Of a stretch of DNA of 64,000 bases, positions 1 to 10,373 are shown in pieces. The translations under genes and the position numbers were made by a program. The first letter of the stretch is position 1. Every line of letters begins with the position of its first letter. Below the pieces are notes generated by a model. The model was not told the DNA's origin and made no database searches. It was given only the letters and a program-made list of their open reading frames with translations. This DNA comes from Massalongia carnosa (taxonomy: Eukaryota), in contig OZ287073.1 in the NCBI GenBank assembly GCA_965645245.1, forward strand, positions 1,860,001 through 1,924,000, given 5' to 3'.

Positions 1-1
1 C

Positions 2-3000
2 CGATACACCCTCAGAAATTGGAGTGCGAAATGGAGCACATTCAACCGGCTGGAGGAGATAAACTATGAAAAATGCAAGACCATCGAGGAGTATGGTAGC
101 CTAGTCAGGGATATCAAGGCAGAAATCACCGACATGGCCCTGACCGTTGAGCACATTGTAGTGCTCAAACTCCTCAATGGACTCGGCAGTTCATTCAACA
201 CCTACCTGACCATCCTGAACGAACAAGCTCGGCGGGAGGACAAATTCCCGGCGTTGGATGACTTACTAAAAAACCTGGAGGACGAGGAGGCTCGTATGCG
301 CCAGGACCCTGTCGCCGTAGCTAACATGCTGAAGGCAAAGGGGAAGAAGCACCCCACCGAACAGGGTAAGACCAAATGCAAATGCTGTGGTTATAATCAC
401 TCCGGAAAATGCAGGCATAGCAACGCTACATGTAGGAAGTGTAGTAAGATTGGCCATCTGGAACGCGTTTGTGAAAGCAAAGAAGGTAATGAAACCTCAA
501 ACCCCCAAATAGTTTGTACAATAAGGGAATGTTCCGGGAAAAGAACCCAGGAAACACCGCTTATTTGTATGGCGGGTCTGTGCCGGGGTCCCAAGAATGC
601 CCACGATCTATTGATCGACTCCGGTGCCACCGCGCACATTATATGCAATAAAGATCTCTTTCAAGAAGGGACCTTTCGGAGCGAAAATAGCTGTTTAGAA
701 ACAGGTTCCGGAGAGGTGTTATCGACAGAGGGGAAAGGCTCTCTACTCGTATCACTGGACAATGGAAATGGAGGTGTAACGGACCTCATTTTGACCAACG
801 TCCTTTTCGCCCCCGACCTAAAATTCAACCTCATCAGCACAATACAACTCGGCAAAAAGGGCATATCTACGTACCTGATGGCGGATGACAAGCCCGCTCA
901 ACTGGTGCATAAAGGAAAGGTGGTTGGACTGGCCAAAACAATAAATAATCAGTATGTTTTGCAGACAACCACTATTAGCCCTACCGAAGCACGGGCCCTC
1001 ACCACCACAAACGGTACAAAGGCCCCTATCCAAACATGGCACGAACGACTCGGCCATCTCAGCTACCCAAACCTCCTAAAATTAAATCATTTAGCCAATG
1101 GAGTCACCATCGAAGGACCCATACCAGAAGAAGTATGCGGCTCATGCATGATGGGAAGACAACAGCGGAAAATAAATCGCACTCCACGAACCCGAGCAAC
1201 AGAATTTCTCGGAATAGTGCATAGCGACTTAGGGGGACCATTTCCACTGACAAGGTTCGGTGAACGTTTTTATGCTACGATGAAAGACGACTTCTCCGGG
1301 GTAGTGTGGATCTACCTGCTGAAAACAAAGGGTCAAACCTTCGAATGTTTTAAGCAGTTCAAGACATGGATAGAAAATCAATCGGGAAAGAAAATAAAGA
1401 GACTCCGAGCTGATGGAGGAGGGGAGTACACCAGTGGTGACTTCCAGGAATTCCTAAAGAGTGAAGGCATCCAGTGGGAGGCCCGGGCACCAAATGTGCC
1501 AGAACAGAATGGGAAGGCCGAAAGGCAAAATTATACCCTCATGGTCCCCACTCGGTCCATGATGAAGGCTAAAAAGCTCCCAAAGTCCCTTTGGGGGGAG
1601 GTCCTGAAGACGGCCGGGTACATCAAGAATAGAAGTCCCGGGGTTGACGAGGTCACTCCATATGAACGCATGAATAATGCGAAACCCTTCCTCGGCCACA
1701 TGAGAACGGTCGGGGCAAGGACATGGGTACATATCCCAAAAGAGAAGCGCAAGAAGCTGGACGATAGGTCCTGGCAGGGGATATTTGTTGGGTATGAAGG
1801 AAACAATCAGTATCGAATTTACGATCCTCTCACTGGAAAAGTCCATGTTTGTCGCGATATCACCGTCGACGAAGGCAATATATATGATTCCAAGGATAAA
1901 AAGGCCTGGGACATAGCCGACATTCCATGGGAGGGAGACGATGATGCTTTGTTTGATGACCCAGATGATTTTGTTGATGAAAACAAAAGTCATAATCCGC
2001 CATCTTCGTTGTCTCCGAAAACTCCGAGCTCTGAAATATCGAGAAGTTCGGAAATTCAAAATGAAACGGCCCCACCAACACCACGGATAGTGCTACATCC
2101 AATGGGAGTAAATGCTTCGGGGGAAGGCCGAGAAGAGGAGAATGGGGGGGAGAGTGACTCCGATGAAGTGGAGGACATTCCTCGCCAGCCCATCGAACCT
2201 CGAAGATCTGGACGAATAAGGGTCCCCAGTCAAAGAGCACTGGAGAACATTCGTCCCAGCATCAACACCGTATTCAGTTCAAACCAGGTCCCGAAATCCC
2301 ATGAGCACATGGTGCGGGTGCTAGCAACCCTGGCAGGAGGCGAGGACAATGAGGGCCTCGATGATCCTTTGACACTGAAAGAGGCTATGTCCTCACCCCA
2401 CTGGGATCAATGGAGAAAGGCCATGGAGACCGAGTATCAATCGCTAGTGGAGAATGAAACTTGGACACTAGAAAGGGCACCGACTGATCGAAAGGTGATC
2501 ACCGGTCGCTGGGTGTTCAAAATAAAGAAAGACAGAGATGGGAAAGTACTGAAGTACAAAGCGAGATGGGTAGTTCATGGCTATAAACAAAAGGAAGGCC
2601 TGGACTACCTCGACACCTTTGCCACAGTGGTAAAACCAGTCTCTTATAAGGCATTGATGGGAATCAGTGTAAAGAAGGGACTGTCCATTCATCACATGGA
2701 TGTGGTGACTGCTTTCCTGTATGGCTTCCTAGATGAAGCCATATATGTCATACAACCCACCTTGTTCGAAAAAGGGGAGAACAAGGTCTGCTTACTACGA
2801 AAGGCCCTATATGGCCTAAAACAATCCCCTCGTGTATGGTACCAGACCCTGCAGGATTTTCTGCAAAAGATGGGGTTTAAACGAACAGATTCGGATCATG
2901 GAGTCTTTGTATCGGACGATATCTTTATAGCGATTTACGTTGACGACCTTCTCATCTTCGGAAAAGACACTTCGAAATTGCAGCAATTGCAACACGAATT

Positions 3001-3895
3001 GAAGTCCCGTTTCCGCATGACGGACTTGGGAGAAGTCTCCCATTATCTGGGAATCGAAGTCGATGTCAACATCGAAAAATCGGTTATAACTCTTCGACAA
3101 ACAACTTACCTGAAGAAGGTGCTGCAGCGATTTAATATGGTCGACTGCAGGCCCATTTCCACCCCCATGGACCCCGGTGCCGGAAACACACTCATGCCGT
3201 CGGATGACCAGGCCGATAAGGAAACAATTACCTGGTACCAGTCGGTGGTGGGCTCGCTGATGTGGCCAGCCATGCATACACGCCCCGACATCGCTTATGC
3301 AGTGGGAGTACTGAGTCGATATTGTTCGAACCCAGGCCCATTACACTGCAAATATCTTCAGCGCATTATGCGCTATATATCCAGTACCCTAAATACAGGC
3401 CTCGTGTTTAGAAAAGACACCGAGGATGACATTGTGGGATACTCGGACTCCGATTATGCTGGAACGAAAGATGGGAGAAAATCGACCGGGGCCTATACGT
3501 TTTTGTTAGCAGGCGCCCCAATTTCCCACTGTTCCAAGCTACAACCTACCGTCGCCCTATCCACCTGCGAGGCCGAATATATGGCTCTGACGGAAGCAGC
3601 TAAAGAGGCCATTTGGTGCGCGCGATTTCTGGCCGAGTTAGGATATCGGAAGAAGGACACCCCTGTCCTACTTCGAGGGGACAATCAAGGGTCAATTGCA
3701 TTGGCTGAAAACCCCGAATTCCACCGTCGAACCAAGCACATCGAAATCAAATGGCATTGGATCAGGGAGGTGGTTGAATTGGGAAGGGTAAGCATCAAGT
3801 TTATCCCTACCACAGAGATGGTGGCAGATGGGCTTACAAAGCCACTGGCCGCTAAACCCTTTGAGGACTTTAAGTCAATGCTTGGCATGGGCTAA
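2..3895 (+). CDS. Copia Gag-Pol polyprotein (5' partial; frame is open upstream of the ATG at 134)
   Basis: Zn knuckle CRKCSKIGHLERVC, protease LIDSGAT, GAG-pre-integrase WHERLGH, integrase HSD/RADGGGEY/AER, RT YVDDL, RNase H YSDSDY...DNQG...HIEIKWH; no stops. Confidence 0.95.
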   Translation, partial: RYTLRNWSAKWSTFNRLEEINYEKCKTIEEYGSLVRDIKAEITDMALTVEHIVVLKLLNGLGSSFNTYLTILNEQARREDKFPALDDLLKNLEDEEARMRQDPVAVANMLKAKGKKHPTEQGKTKCKCCGYNHSGKCRHSNATCRKCSKIGHLERVCESKEGNETSNPQIVCTIRECSGKRTQETPLICMAGLCRGPKNAHDLLIDSGATAHIICNKDLFQEGTFRSENSCLETGSGEVLSTEGKGSLLVSLDNGNGGVTDLILTNVLFAPDLKFNLISTIQLGKKGISTYLMADDKPAQLVHKGKVVGLAKTINNQYVLQTTTISPTEARALTTTNGTKAPIQTWHERLGHLSYPNLLKLNHLANGVTIEGPIPEEVCGSCMMGRQQRKINRTPRTRATEFLGIVHSDLGGPFPLTRFGERFYATMKDDFSGVVWIYLLKTKGQTFECFKQFKTWIENQSGKKIKRLRADGGGEYTSGDFQEFLKSEGIQWEARAPNVPEQNGKAERQNYTLMVPTRSMMKAKKLPKSLWGEVLKTAGYIKNRSPGVDEVTPYERMNNAKPFLGHMRTVGARTWVHIPKEKRKKLDDRSWQGIFVGYEGNNQYRIYDPLTGKVHVCRDITVDEGNIYDSKDKKAWDIADIPWEGDDDALFDDPDDFVDENKSHNPPSSLSPKTPSSEISRSSEIQNETAPPTPRIVLHPMGVNASGEGREEENGGESDSDEVEDIPRQPIEPRRSGRIRVPSQRALENIRPSINTVFSSNQVPKSHEHMVRVLATLAGGEDNEGLDDPLTLKEAMSSPHWDQWRKAMETEYQSLVENETWTLERAPTDRKVITGRWVFKIKKDRDGKVLKYKARWVVHGYKQKEGLDYLDTFATVVKPVSYKALMGISVKKGLSIHHMDVVTAFLYGFLDEAIYVIQPTLFEKGENKVCLLRKALYGLKQSPRVWYQTLQDFLQKMGFKRTDSDHGVFVSDDIFIAIYVDDLLIFGKDTSKLQQLQHELKSRFRMTDLGEVSHYLGIEVDVNIEKSVITLRQTTYLKKVLQRFNMVDCRPISTPMDPGAGNTLMPSDDQADKETITWYQSVVGSLMWPAMHTRPDIAYAVGVLSRYCSNPGPLHCKYLQRIMRYISSTLNTGLVFRKDTEDDIVGYSDSDYAGTKDGRKSTGAYTFLLAGAPISHCSKLQPTVALSTCEAEYMALTEAAKEAIWCARFLAELGYRKKDTPVLLRGDNQGSIALAENPEFHRRTKHIEIKWHWIREVVELGRVSIKFIPTTEMVADGLTKPLAAKPFEDFKSMLGMG

Positions 3896-3945
3896 ACCCA
3901 AAGAGGCAAAAATATCCGGAGAGCCTCAAGATGGCTGAATGGGAG

Positions 3946-4255
3946 TGTTGGATGTTAGATGATGAGGCCACCATCATCATGGGCATCCATCATGAGCCTC
4001 GGGAGGTGCCTTGCAAAGTGCCTAAACAAGCAGAGATTGGAGACAAGGTCTGACCGTCAGGGGGACAAGGTCTGACCGTCAGGGGACAAGGTCTGACCGT
4101 CAGGAGGACAAGGTCTGACCGTTAGGGGGACAAGGTCTGACCTCCTAGATGTGACTGTTTTGTGACTGCTATATAAAGCAGACAAATAGCCCACATAGAT
4201 AATCACCTTCAATGACAATCATGCTACTATACCTACAAAGTGAATTTATATTTCA
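3946..4255 (+). repeat. 3' LTR of the copia element, with five tandem copies of GACAAGGTCTGACC(GTCAGGGG) at about 4052-4143
   Basis: Starts TGTTG right after the PPT, ends TTTCA, TATA-like CTATATAAAG near 4169. Confidence 0.85.
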
Positions 4256-4416
4256 TATTAGCAGTCACACTGAGCATTATAACCCATAAGGACTAGTATC
4301 TACTGTCCCTCTTATAATTCTAAAAGCTCCATATCTTAGGATAGCTTGGTCCGACTGTTGATAGTTCAATCCTATCACACCTACCGTCCAAACAATTCAA
4401 ACTATTTATCGTCAAC

Positions 4417-5571
4417 ATGAACACACGAGGACGAAGCGGCCAGAATTCGGCCAATCCCACGTCCAATCAGGGTGATGACCTACTGGACTACGATACGCTG
4501 GAACAAACACCACCAAACCAGCTAATCGACGAGATTAGAGCCATGCAGGCCAATTTGACCGAACAGACAGCAGCCATGCAGGCCCAGGCCACCTTGTTGA
4601 CTCAGCAAAGTACCCGTCTCGCTGCCAATGAAAGGGAATTAGAACGACTGCACGAGGAAAGAGAGTCTCGTCGTCCTCGCTCCATGGAACGATCTGTCAG
4701 GTATAACCTCAAAGCTAAGTCGCCCGACCCGTATTATGGCAAGGACCATAAGACCTTGTTCGAATTCACCAGACAATGCGAGGCTGTCTTTAACACTAGT
4801 GGCATGCCTGAAACGGAACAAGATCGTCGTATAGCCTATGCAGGCAGCTACCTTCGAGACACCCCTAGCGACAATTGGCATGAGATACTATCACGAGGGG
4901 GTCATCTGAATCTTACCTGGAAGGAGTTCAAAAAGAACCTCATGAATCAACTAGGCTCTACAGAAGTTTTCAAAGATCGAACCTGGATGCAGTACCATCA
5001 TGCACAACAACGTCCCAATGATACTGTTCAATCCTTTGCGGCCTACTTACAACGCCTACGAACAATATTAGCCGATGCAGATCCGGAACATCCTATTACC
5101 GAAGAACAGATGGTCCAGAAGCTTCGTACGGGAGTCATACCAATAATTCGGAATTCCTTAGCACTAGGTCATCGACATCCCGCTACCATAGCGGAATTCA
5201 TCAGTGATGCACAACTAGCTGAGGGAGCGGCTGTTTTGCCATCATCAACAGGTAGAGGCTACTCCAAGCGGGAGCAAGGTGCCCCGGCTTCTAACGATCA
5301 GGGCCGCCGAGAACCATATCCAACTAATCATCGCGGAGGTCGAGGCGGAAGAGGTCATCGAGGTAGTCACCACGGAAGAGGCAATAGAGGCGGAAGAGGC
5401 CGAGGCGGCAGGAATGCGGCTCCGGCTGGTACTAGCGCGCCGTCGACCAATAGCAATGCCATTCCGCTAGGCACTGTGACCGAGATACAAGACAATAACA
5501 AAAATAGCTGCTATAATTGTGGATCCCTCGAACATTGGGTAAAAGACTGTCCCCATCCAAAAAAAGCATAG
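4417..5571 (+). CDS. Gypsy Gag
   Basis: Retrotransposon capsid-like region (PDPYYG, YAGSYLRD, Q-x4-TVQSF), RGG-rich tract, CCHC knuckle CYNCGSLEHWVKDC. Confidence 0.93.
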   Translation: MNTRGRSGQNSANPTSNQGDDLLDYDTLEQTPPNQLIDEIRAMQANLTEQTAAMQAQATLLTQQSTRLAANERELERLHEERESRRPRSMERSVRYNLKAKSPDPYYGKDHKTLFEFTRQCEAVFNTSGMPETEQDRRIAYAGSYLRDTPSDNWHEILSRGGHLNLTWKEFKKNLMNQLGSTEVFKDRTWMQYHHAQQRPNDTVQSFAAYLQRLRTILADADPEHPITEEQMVQKLRTGVIPIIRNSLALGHRHPATIAEFISDAQLAEGAAVLPSSTGRGYSKREQGAPASNDQGRREPYPTNHRGGRGGRGHRGSHHGRGNRGGRGRGGRNAAPAGTSAPSTNSNAIPLGTVTEIQDNNKNSCYNCGSLEHWVKDCPHPKKA

Positions 5572-8500
5572 TCGCCGCTGCTGCCTCCCTACCGGCGACT
5601 ACTATCAAAGAGGCATCGGCAAGTCCTAAGACATTGGAAGTCGCACCCTGCATAGAGTACGAAATAACACACGCTAAAGAAACAGCAAAAGCACTAATTG
5701 ACAGCGGAAGTGAAGTTAACCTTATTTCTAGAGCTTACGCAAATATATGCGCTCTGACAGTGTTACACTCCAGCGTCAGTTTGGAAGCTATTAATCACCA
5801 GCAAGTCATGACACATGGCATGGGTCTGTTGGTGTTCGGGGTAACTGATCAATTAGGTCAGCAACGTTTCTTTGAGGAAACATTCCTAATAGCCGATATA
5901 CCTCATAATATCGTGTTGGGCATGCCATTCCTGCAGCTAGCCAATCCCGATATCGATTGGTCAGCAAGGACCCTGAATTGGCGAGAACTAAGCGTTCAAT
6001 CGGCCCTGATGACTACTCATCGGATAGAGATTATAGAACCAGAAGTCTTCATAGAAGAGGCGTTATCAGAAGATACACCGACCTACGTGGTCCATGCTAA
6101 GGCGCTAGGTGTAGATAACATCCATTCGAGCCGTCGAGCTAGAATAGCCTCAGTGAAGGTACAAGAAATCAAGGTCCCTGAGGCTTATAAGGATTTCGCA
6201 GATGTCTTTTCGGAAGATAGTGCAGCCGAGCTACCAGAGCACGGGCTACATGATCATGCGATCGACCTCGTGGATGGAAAGCAGCCTCCATATGGACCTA
6301 TTTATAGCCTATCAGAAACAGAGCTCACAGTGCTAAGGGCCTACCTCGATGCTCACCTGGCTAATGGGTTTATCCGGCCATCTACCTCACCAGCTGGAGC
6401 TCCTATTCTCTTCGTGCCTAAGGCAAATGGTACCCTGAGGCTCTGCGTGGATTATAGGGGTCTGAACAATCTGACAGTTAAAAATCGCTACCCGCTACCA
6501 TTAGTAGGCGAGTCTTTAGATCGACTAGGACGGGCCAAACAGTACACCCAATTGGATTTGACTGCAGCCTATAATCGCATCAGAATTAAGAAAGGCGACG
6601 AATGGAAGACAGCCTTTCGCACCCGATATGGCCATTTCGAATACTGCGTCATGCCGTTCGGATTATCCAATGCTCCGGCCTCCTTCCAAGCCTATATCAA
6701 TAAAGCGTTGGCACTAAAACTGGATGTCTTCTGCATCGTTTATTTGGATGATATACTGATCTATACCGAACAGAAGGGTAAGGCCCATGAAGATGCTGTG
6801 CGATGGGTGTTAGAACAACTCCGCAAGCATGGCTTATTTTGCAACTTACAAAAATGCCGATTCAGCACCGACGAAGTCGAATTCCTAGGCTATGTCATCA
6901 ATCCTAAGGGTGTTTATATGCGAAAAGATCGCATCCAAGCAGTGCAAAATTGGCCACGGCCCACATGCGTACGCGATGTACAGGTGTTCATAGGCTTCGC
7001 GAATTTCTATAGACGATTCATTCGTGGGTTCAGTAAAATAGCAGGGCCACTTACCGCTATGCTGAAAACAAAGCCCGCTAATCATAGACAGAAACCACCT
7101 AAGGGTGTCGAAAGCGAGTTCCTTACGGAGGAAGCTCTAGAGGCTTTTGAGAAGCTGAAAAAGTCGTTCATAGAGGCCCCGGTACTAAGGCATTACGATG
7201 CTAGTAAACCAGTACGCGTGGAAACCGATGCGTCAGGTTATGCTATTGGCGGCATATTGGCTCAGCAAGATGACGAGGGACAATGGCACCCTGTTGCCTA
7301 TTACTCACGCAAGATGCTACCGGCTGAGCGTAATTACGAGACCCATGATGCTGAACTATTAGCGATAGTCGAGGCCTTCAAAATTTGGAGACATTACCTT
7401 GAGGGGTCGTCTCACGAAATTCTCGTGTTGACTGATCACAATAACCTTACGAGGTTTATGGATACCAAGCGCCTAAGCGGCAGGCAAGTAAGGTGGGCTC
7501 AAGAGCTTTCCAGGTATAATTTCCGCATCGATTATCGTCAGGGTAAGAGGAACCCAGCCGATGGGCTGTCAAGACCTCCTACCGCTGGCGATGATGATGG
7601 CGAAGTGCTGGTTGAAAACCGCAAAACGCTCCACCTTTTGCAGACATCCCTAGCAGATAAGAACGCACGCGTTTGTCTAATGAGGGCAATGTCAGGGGAG
7701 TCGTTAGATGATGCTTCTGGCCCGACGGGGTCTCACCACGGTGAAATATGGAAGATCATAACATGCGGAACATTGGTTGTTCCGAAGGTGAAGGCATACT
7801 GGAGTTCATTGCGAAACTCTCTCGCACAGCGCGAGTCACCTTATACTCAACCCGCTTCTAGGGGAGTATTAGAGCGTCTTCCTGAGTTGCAACAGGTTGA
7901 CGAGGTCGCTATCACTGTTCGGAAAAGGTTAGCTACCTTGAAAGACAGTGACGTGTCGGGGACACAGGAGGTGGCGCCCTCCAGCGAGCCATGGTCGGAC
8001 TCGGACCACTGTCTATTCCATGAAGGAAAGGCCTACATCCCAGCCTCCTTACGAGGAGAAATTCTTGAGTTAAATCATGATGATCCGCTGGCAGGGCACT
8101 TCGGGAAAGACAAGACGATTGAGCTAGTGAGTAGAAAGTACTACTGGCCATCGATGAAGTCAGACATAGCACGCTATGTAGAGGGTTGCGACGTCTGCAT
8201 GAGTAGCAAAGCTACGAGGCATAAGCCTTATGGAAACTTGCAGTCGTTGCCTATACCAACTCATAAGTGGAAGGACATTACGATGGACTTCGTCACTGGC
8301 TTACCTAAGAGTAAGGACTGGAGGGGAGTTGATTATGACTCCATCCTAGTCGTCGTTGATAGGCTCACCAAGATGGTGCACTATGAGGCAGTGAAGAAAA
8401 CGCTGACTGCTGAACAGTTAGCTGAAGTGCTAAGGCACTGCGTGTTCAAGTATCACGGCCTACCTGACTCCATAGTCACCGATCGGGGCTCGCTATTTAC

Positions 8501-9446
8501 ATCAAACTTCTGGTCATCCCTATGCTATTACATGAAGATAAAGCGTAGGCTAAGCACAGCCTTCCATCCACAAACAGACGGTCAGACAGAACGTCAAAAT
8601 AGTACCATGGAAGCTTACATTAGGTCTTACTGCCGTTTCGAGCAAGATGACTGGGTGCAATGGCTCCCTACCGCTGAATTTGCATACAATAACACCCGTC
8701 ATTCAAGCACCAAGCTCACCCCGTTCGAGGCTAATATAGGCTACCACCCAAGGATGAGTTATGAAGATAACCAAGACCCTCGATCGAAGTCGAAGACAGC
8801 TGAGGAACAGGCTAAAAATCTACGCGATTTGTTAGCAGAGTTGAAAAATAACCTGCAATTAGCCCAAGACAATCAAGCCAAATATCACAATAGAACGGTG
8901 AAAGAACGTTGCTACGCTCCCGATGATATGGTTTGGCTAAACAGCAAACATATTAAGACGAAAAGGAACAAGAAGCTTGAGCATAAGTTCTTGGGTCCCT
9001 TTAAGGTGTTGAGGCCTGTAGGCACTCAAGCTTACGAGCTAGAACTTCCGAAAAGTTGGAAAATACACCCAGTCTTTCATGTGTCTCTGCTGGAAAGAGA
9101 CACCACCAGAAGGGAGGTAGTAGACGAACAAATGGCTGAACAGCTTGAATTCGAAGACGATGACATGCAAGAGTATGAAGTAGAGTGCATACGAGATAGT
9201 GCAGTCTATGCAAAAGAAGCAGAAGACGGACGGCCGGCTGGATTATATTATCTAGTGCATTGGAAAGGTTATCCCGACGCGGAAGACACATGGGAGCCCG
9301 TCGCCGGCGTCAAACATCTACGAAAGCTATTGAGGGAATTTCATGAGAAAAATCCTACCAAGCCAACAGCAAAGTCCACCCCTCAGGCCACTAGGACTCC
9401 CTCATTAGCGAAAGAAACAGGACGACGCACAAAGAGGACTAAATAA
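5517..9446 (+). CDS. Gypsy Pol (PR-RT-RH-IN-chromodomain), in the -1 frame relative to gag, probably expressed by frameshift
   Basis: LIDSGSE protease, LCVDYRGLN and YLDD RT, ETDASG RNase H, HHCC plus DFV/TDRG/QTER integrase, chromodomain EYEVE...YLVHWKGY...TWEP. Confidence 0.95.
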   Translation: MWIPRTLGKRLSPSKKSIVAAAASLPATTIKEASASPKTLEVAPCIEYEITHAKETAKALIDSGSEVNLISRAYANICALTVLHSSVSLEAINHQQVMTHGMGLLVFGVTDQLGQQRFFEETFLIADIPHNIVLGMPFLQLANPDIDWSARTLNWRELSVQSALMTTHRIEIIEPEVFIEEALSEDTPTYVVHAKALGVDNIHSSRRARIASVKVQEIKVPEAYKDFADVFSEDSAAELPEHGLHDHAIDLVDGKQPPYGPIYSLSETELTVLRAYLDAHLANGFIRPSTSPAGAPILFVPKANGTLRLCVDYRGLNNLTVKNRYPLPLVGESLDRLGRAKQYTQLDLTAAYNRIRIKKGDEWKTAFRTRYGHFEYCVMPFGLSNAPASFQAYINKALALKLDVFCIVYLDDILIYTEQKGKAHEDAVRWVLEQLRKHGLFCNLQKCRFSTDEVEFLGYVINPKGVYMRKDRIQAVQNWPRPTCVRDVQVFIGFANFYRRFIRGFSKIAGPLTAMLKTKPANHRQKPPKGVESEFLTEEALEAFEKLKKSFIEAPVLRHYDASKPVRVETDASGYAIGGILAQQDDEGQWHPVAYYSRKMLPAERNYETHDAELLAIVEAFKIWRHYLEGSSHEILVLTDHNNLTRFMDTKRLSGRQVRWAQELSRYNFRIDYRQGKRNPADGLSRPPTAGDDDGEVLVENRKTLHLLQTSLADKNARVCLMRAMSGESLDDASGPTGSHHGEIWKIITCGTLVVPKVKAYWSSLRNSLAQRESPYTQPASRGVLERLPELQQVDEVAITVRKRLATLKDSDVSGTQEVAPSSEPWSDSDHCLFHEGKAYIPASLRGEILELNHDDPLAGHFGKDKTIELVSRKYYWPSMKSDIARYVEGCDVCMSSKATRHKPYGNLQSLPIPTHKWKDITMDFVTGLPKSKDWRGVDYDSILVVVDRLTKMVHYEAVKKTLTAEQLAEVLRHCVFKYHGLPDSIVTDRGSLFTSNFWSSLCYYMKIKRRLSTAFHPQTDGQTERQNSTMEAYIRSYCRFEQDDWVQWLPTAEFAYNNTRHSSTKLTPFEANIGYHPRMSYEDNQDPRSKSKTAEEQAKNLRDLLAELKNNLQLAQDNQAKYHNRTVKERCYAPDDMVWLNSKHIKTKRNKKLEHKFLGPFKVLRPVGTQAYELELPKSWKIHPVFHVSLLERDTTRREVVDEQMAEQLEFEDDDMQEYEVECIRDSAVYAKEAEDGRPAGLYYLVHWKGYPDAEDTWEPVAGVKHLRKLLREFHEKNPTKPTAKSTPQATRTPSLAKETGRRTKRTK

Positions 9447-9823
9447 GGCCAGCACTCTTTTCCTACCACCTGCCCACGAAAAAAGGTTGGAGGTTTTTAA
9501 TGAGGCTGCGCTAGGAGCTCAGCAATGTGTTGCAGTAACGTCATGCTCGATTCCATCCAGGCCAGTAGCTCTTTTCCTAGCACCTTCCCTAGAAGGGAGG
9601 TGGGAGGTTTTTAATGAGGCTGAGCCAGAGCATCAAGTTATGTTATCCTAATATCTTCCAAGCTCTTACAAATCCCAACTCTTGCTAGCCTGCATTCAAG
9701 CGGCCATCGACGTTAAAGCCATCGGCACGATTAACCGCTTGCAATTACCACGCGATGATGGGCTGAACGCACGAACTACCTGGGATGAATTTCGCAGGAG
9801 CTCATTACTAGAAGGGAGGTAAT

Positions 9824-10319
9824 TGTAATAGCGCGGCAATACAGGACTGCGCTAGCTCCTGGGATGACTCACCCAAGAAGACCGGGTGACTGATAATCCG
9901 GATGCTTAGTCATGATAAGGCGGATAGCAATACCAAGCCATCAGCAATCAGCCTTACCAGTTTGTTAGGCAGCAACTGAAGCTATTCAGATAAGCCTCGA
10001 TCTCATGGGAGGCCTGGGACGCCTAGGAGACCTCAGCTGAAGGCAACAAGGCTATCTGCTAGACCTCAGCTGAAGGCAACAAGGTTATCTACTAGACCTC
10101 AGCTGAAGGCAGCAAGGCTATCTACTAGACCTCAGCTGAAGGCAACAAGGCAGACAGGTAACCAGACAAGTAGTTAGTAAATAGGACCCCAAGGGGTATA
10201 TAGAAAGCTCGATTCCCATCTTCAGGGAATCAGCTTTTAGCTTTAGCACCTACCAATCTATTAGCAGTCACACTGAGCATTATAACCCATAAGGACTAGT
10301 ATCTACTGTCCCTCTTATA
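9824..10319 (+). repeat. 3' LTR of the gypsy element (496 bp) with four tandem 33-bp units AGACCTCAGCTGAAGGCAACAAGG... at about 10028-10152
   Basis: Follows the PPT, starts TGTAA; its last 61 bp match 4256-4316. Confidence 0.9.
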
Positions 10320-10323
10320 CATA

Positions 10324-10373
10324 CACCCGTTTGCAAAATGATGTGTCGAACTTGCCTCAGTACCTCAGACGTG
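10324..10373. repeat. Junction of element ends: Tc1-type TIR fragment (10324-10351) cut by an AcademH-like terminus (10352-10373)
   Basis: CACCCGTTTGCAAAATGATGTGTCGAAC resembles the TIR at 10428; TTGCCTCAGTACCTCAGACGTG is identical to the terminus at 34529. Confidence 0.75.

Larger units (their letters stand above)
1..4255 (+). mobile_element. Ty1/copia LTR retrotransposon, 5' part outside window, inserted into the 5' LTR of the downstream gypsy element
   Basis: Long gag-pol ORF with PR-IN-RT-RH order, PPT-like GAATGGGAG just before the LTR 3946-4255 (TG...CA); the sequence after 4255 is the tail of the gypsy LTR. Confidence 0.95.
4256..10319 (+). mobile_element. Ty3/gypsy chromovirus, coding region intact; only the last 61 bp of the 5' LTR lie downstream of the copia insertion
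   Basis: 4256-4316 is identical to 10259-10319; gag and pol ORFs; PPT AGAAGGGAGG at 9810-9819; 3' LTR 9824-10319. Confidence 0.95.

Noticed and set aside
4052..4143. Short regular repeats (also 10028-10152 and 17337-17418) resembling a CRISPR array
   Set aside because: No unique spacers; they are tandem repeats inside LTRs or a TIR of a eukaryotic sequence.
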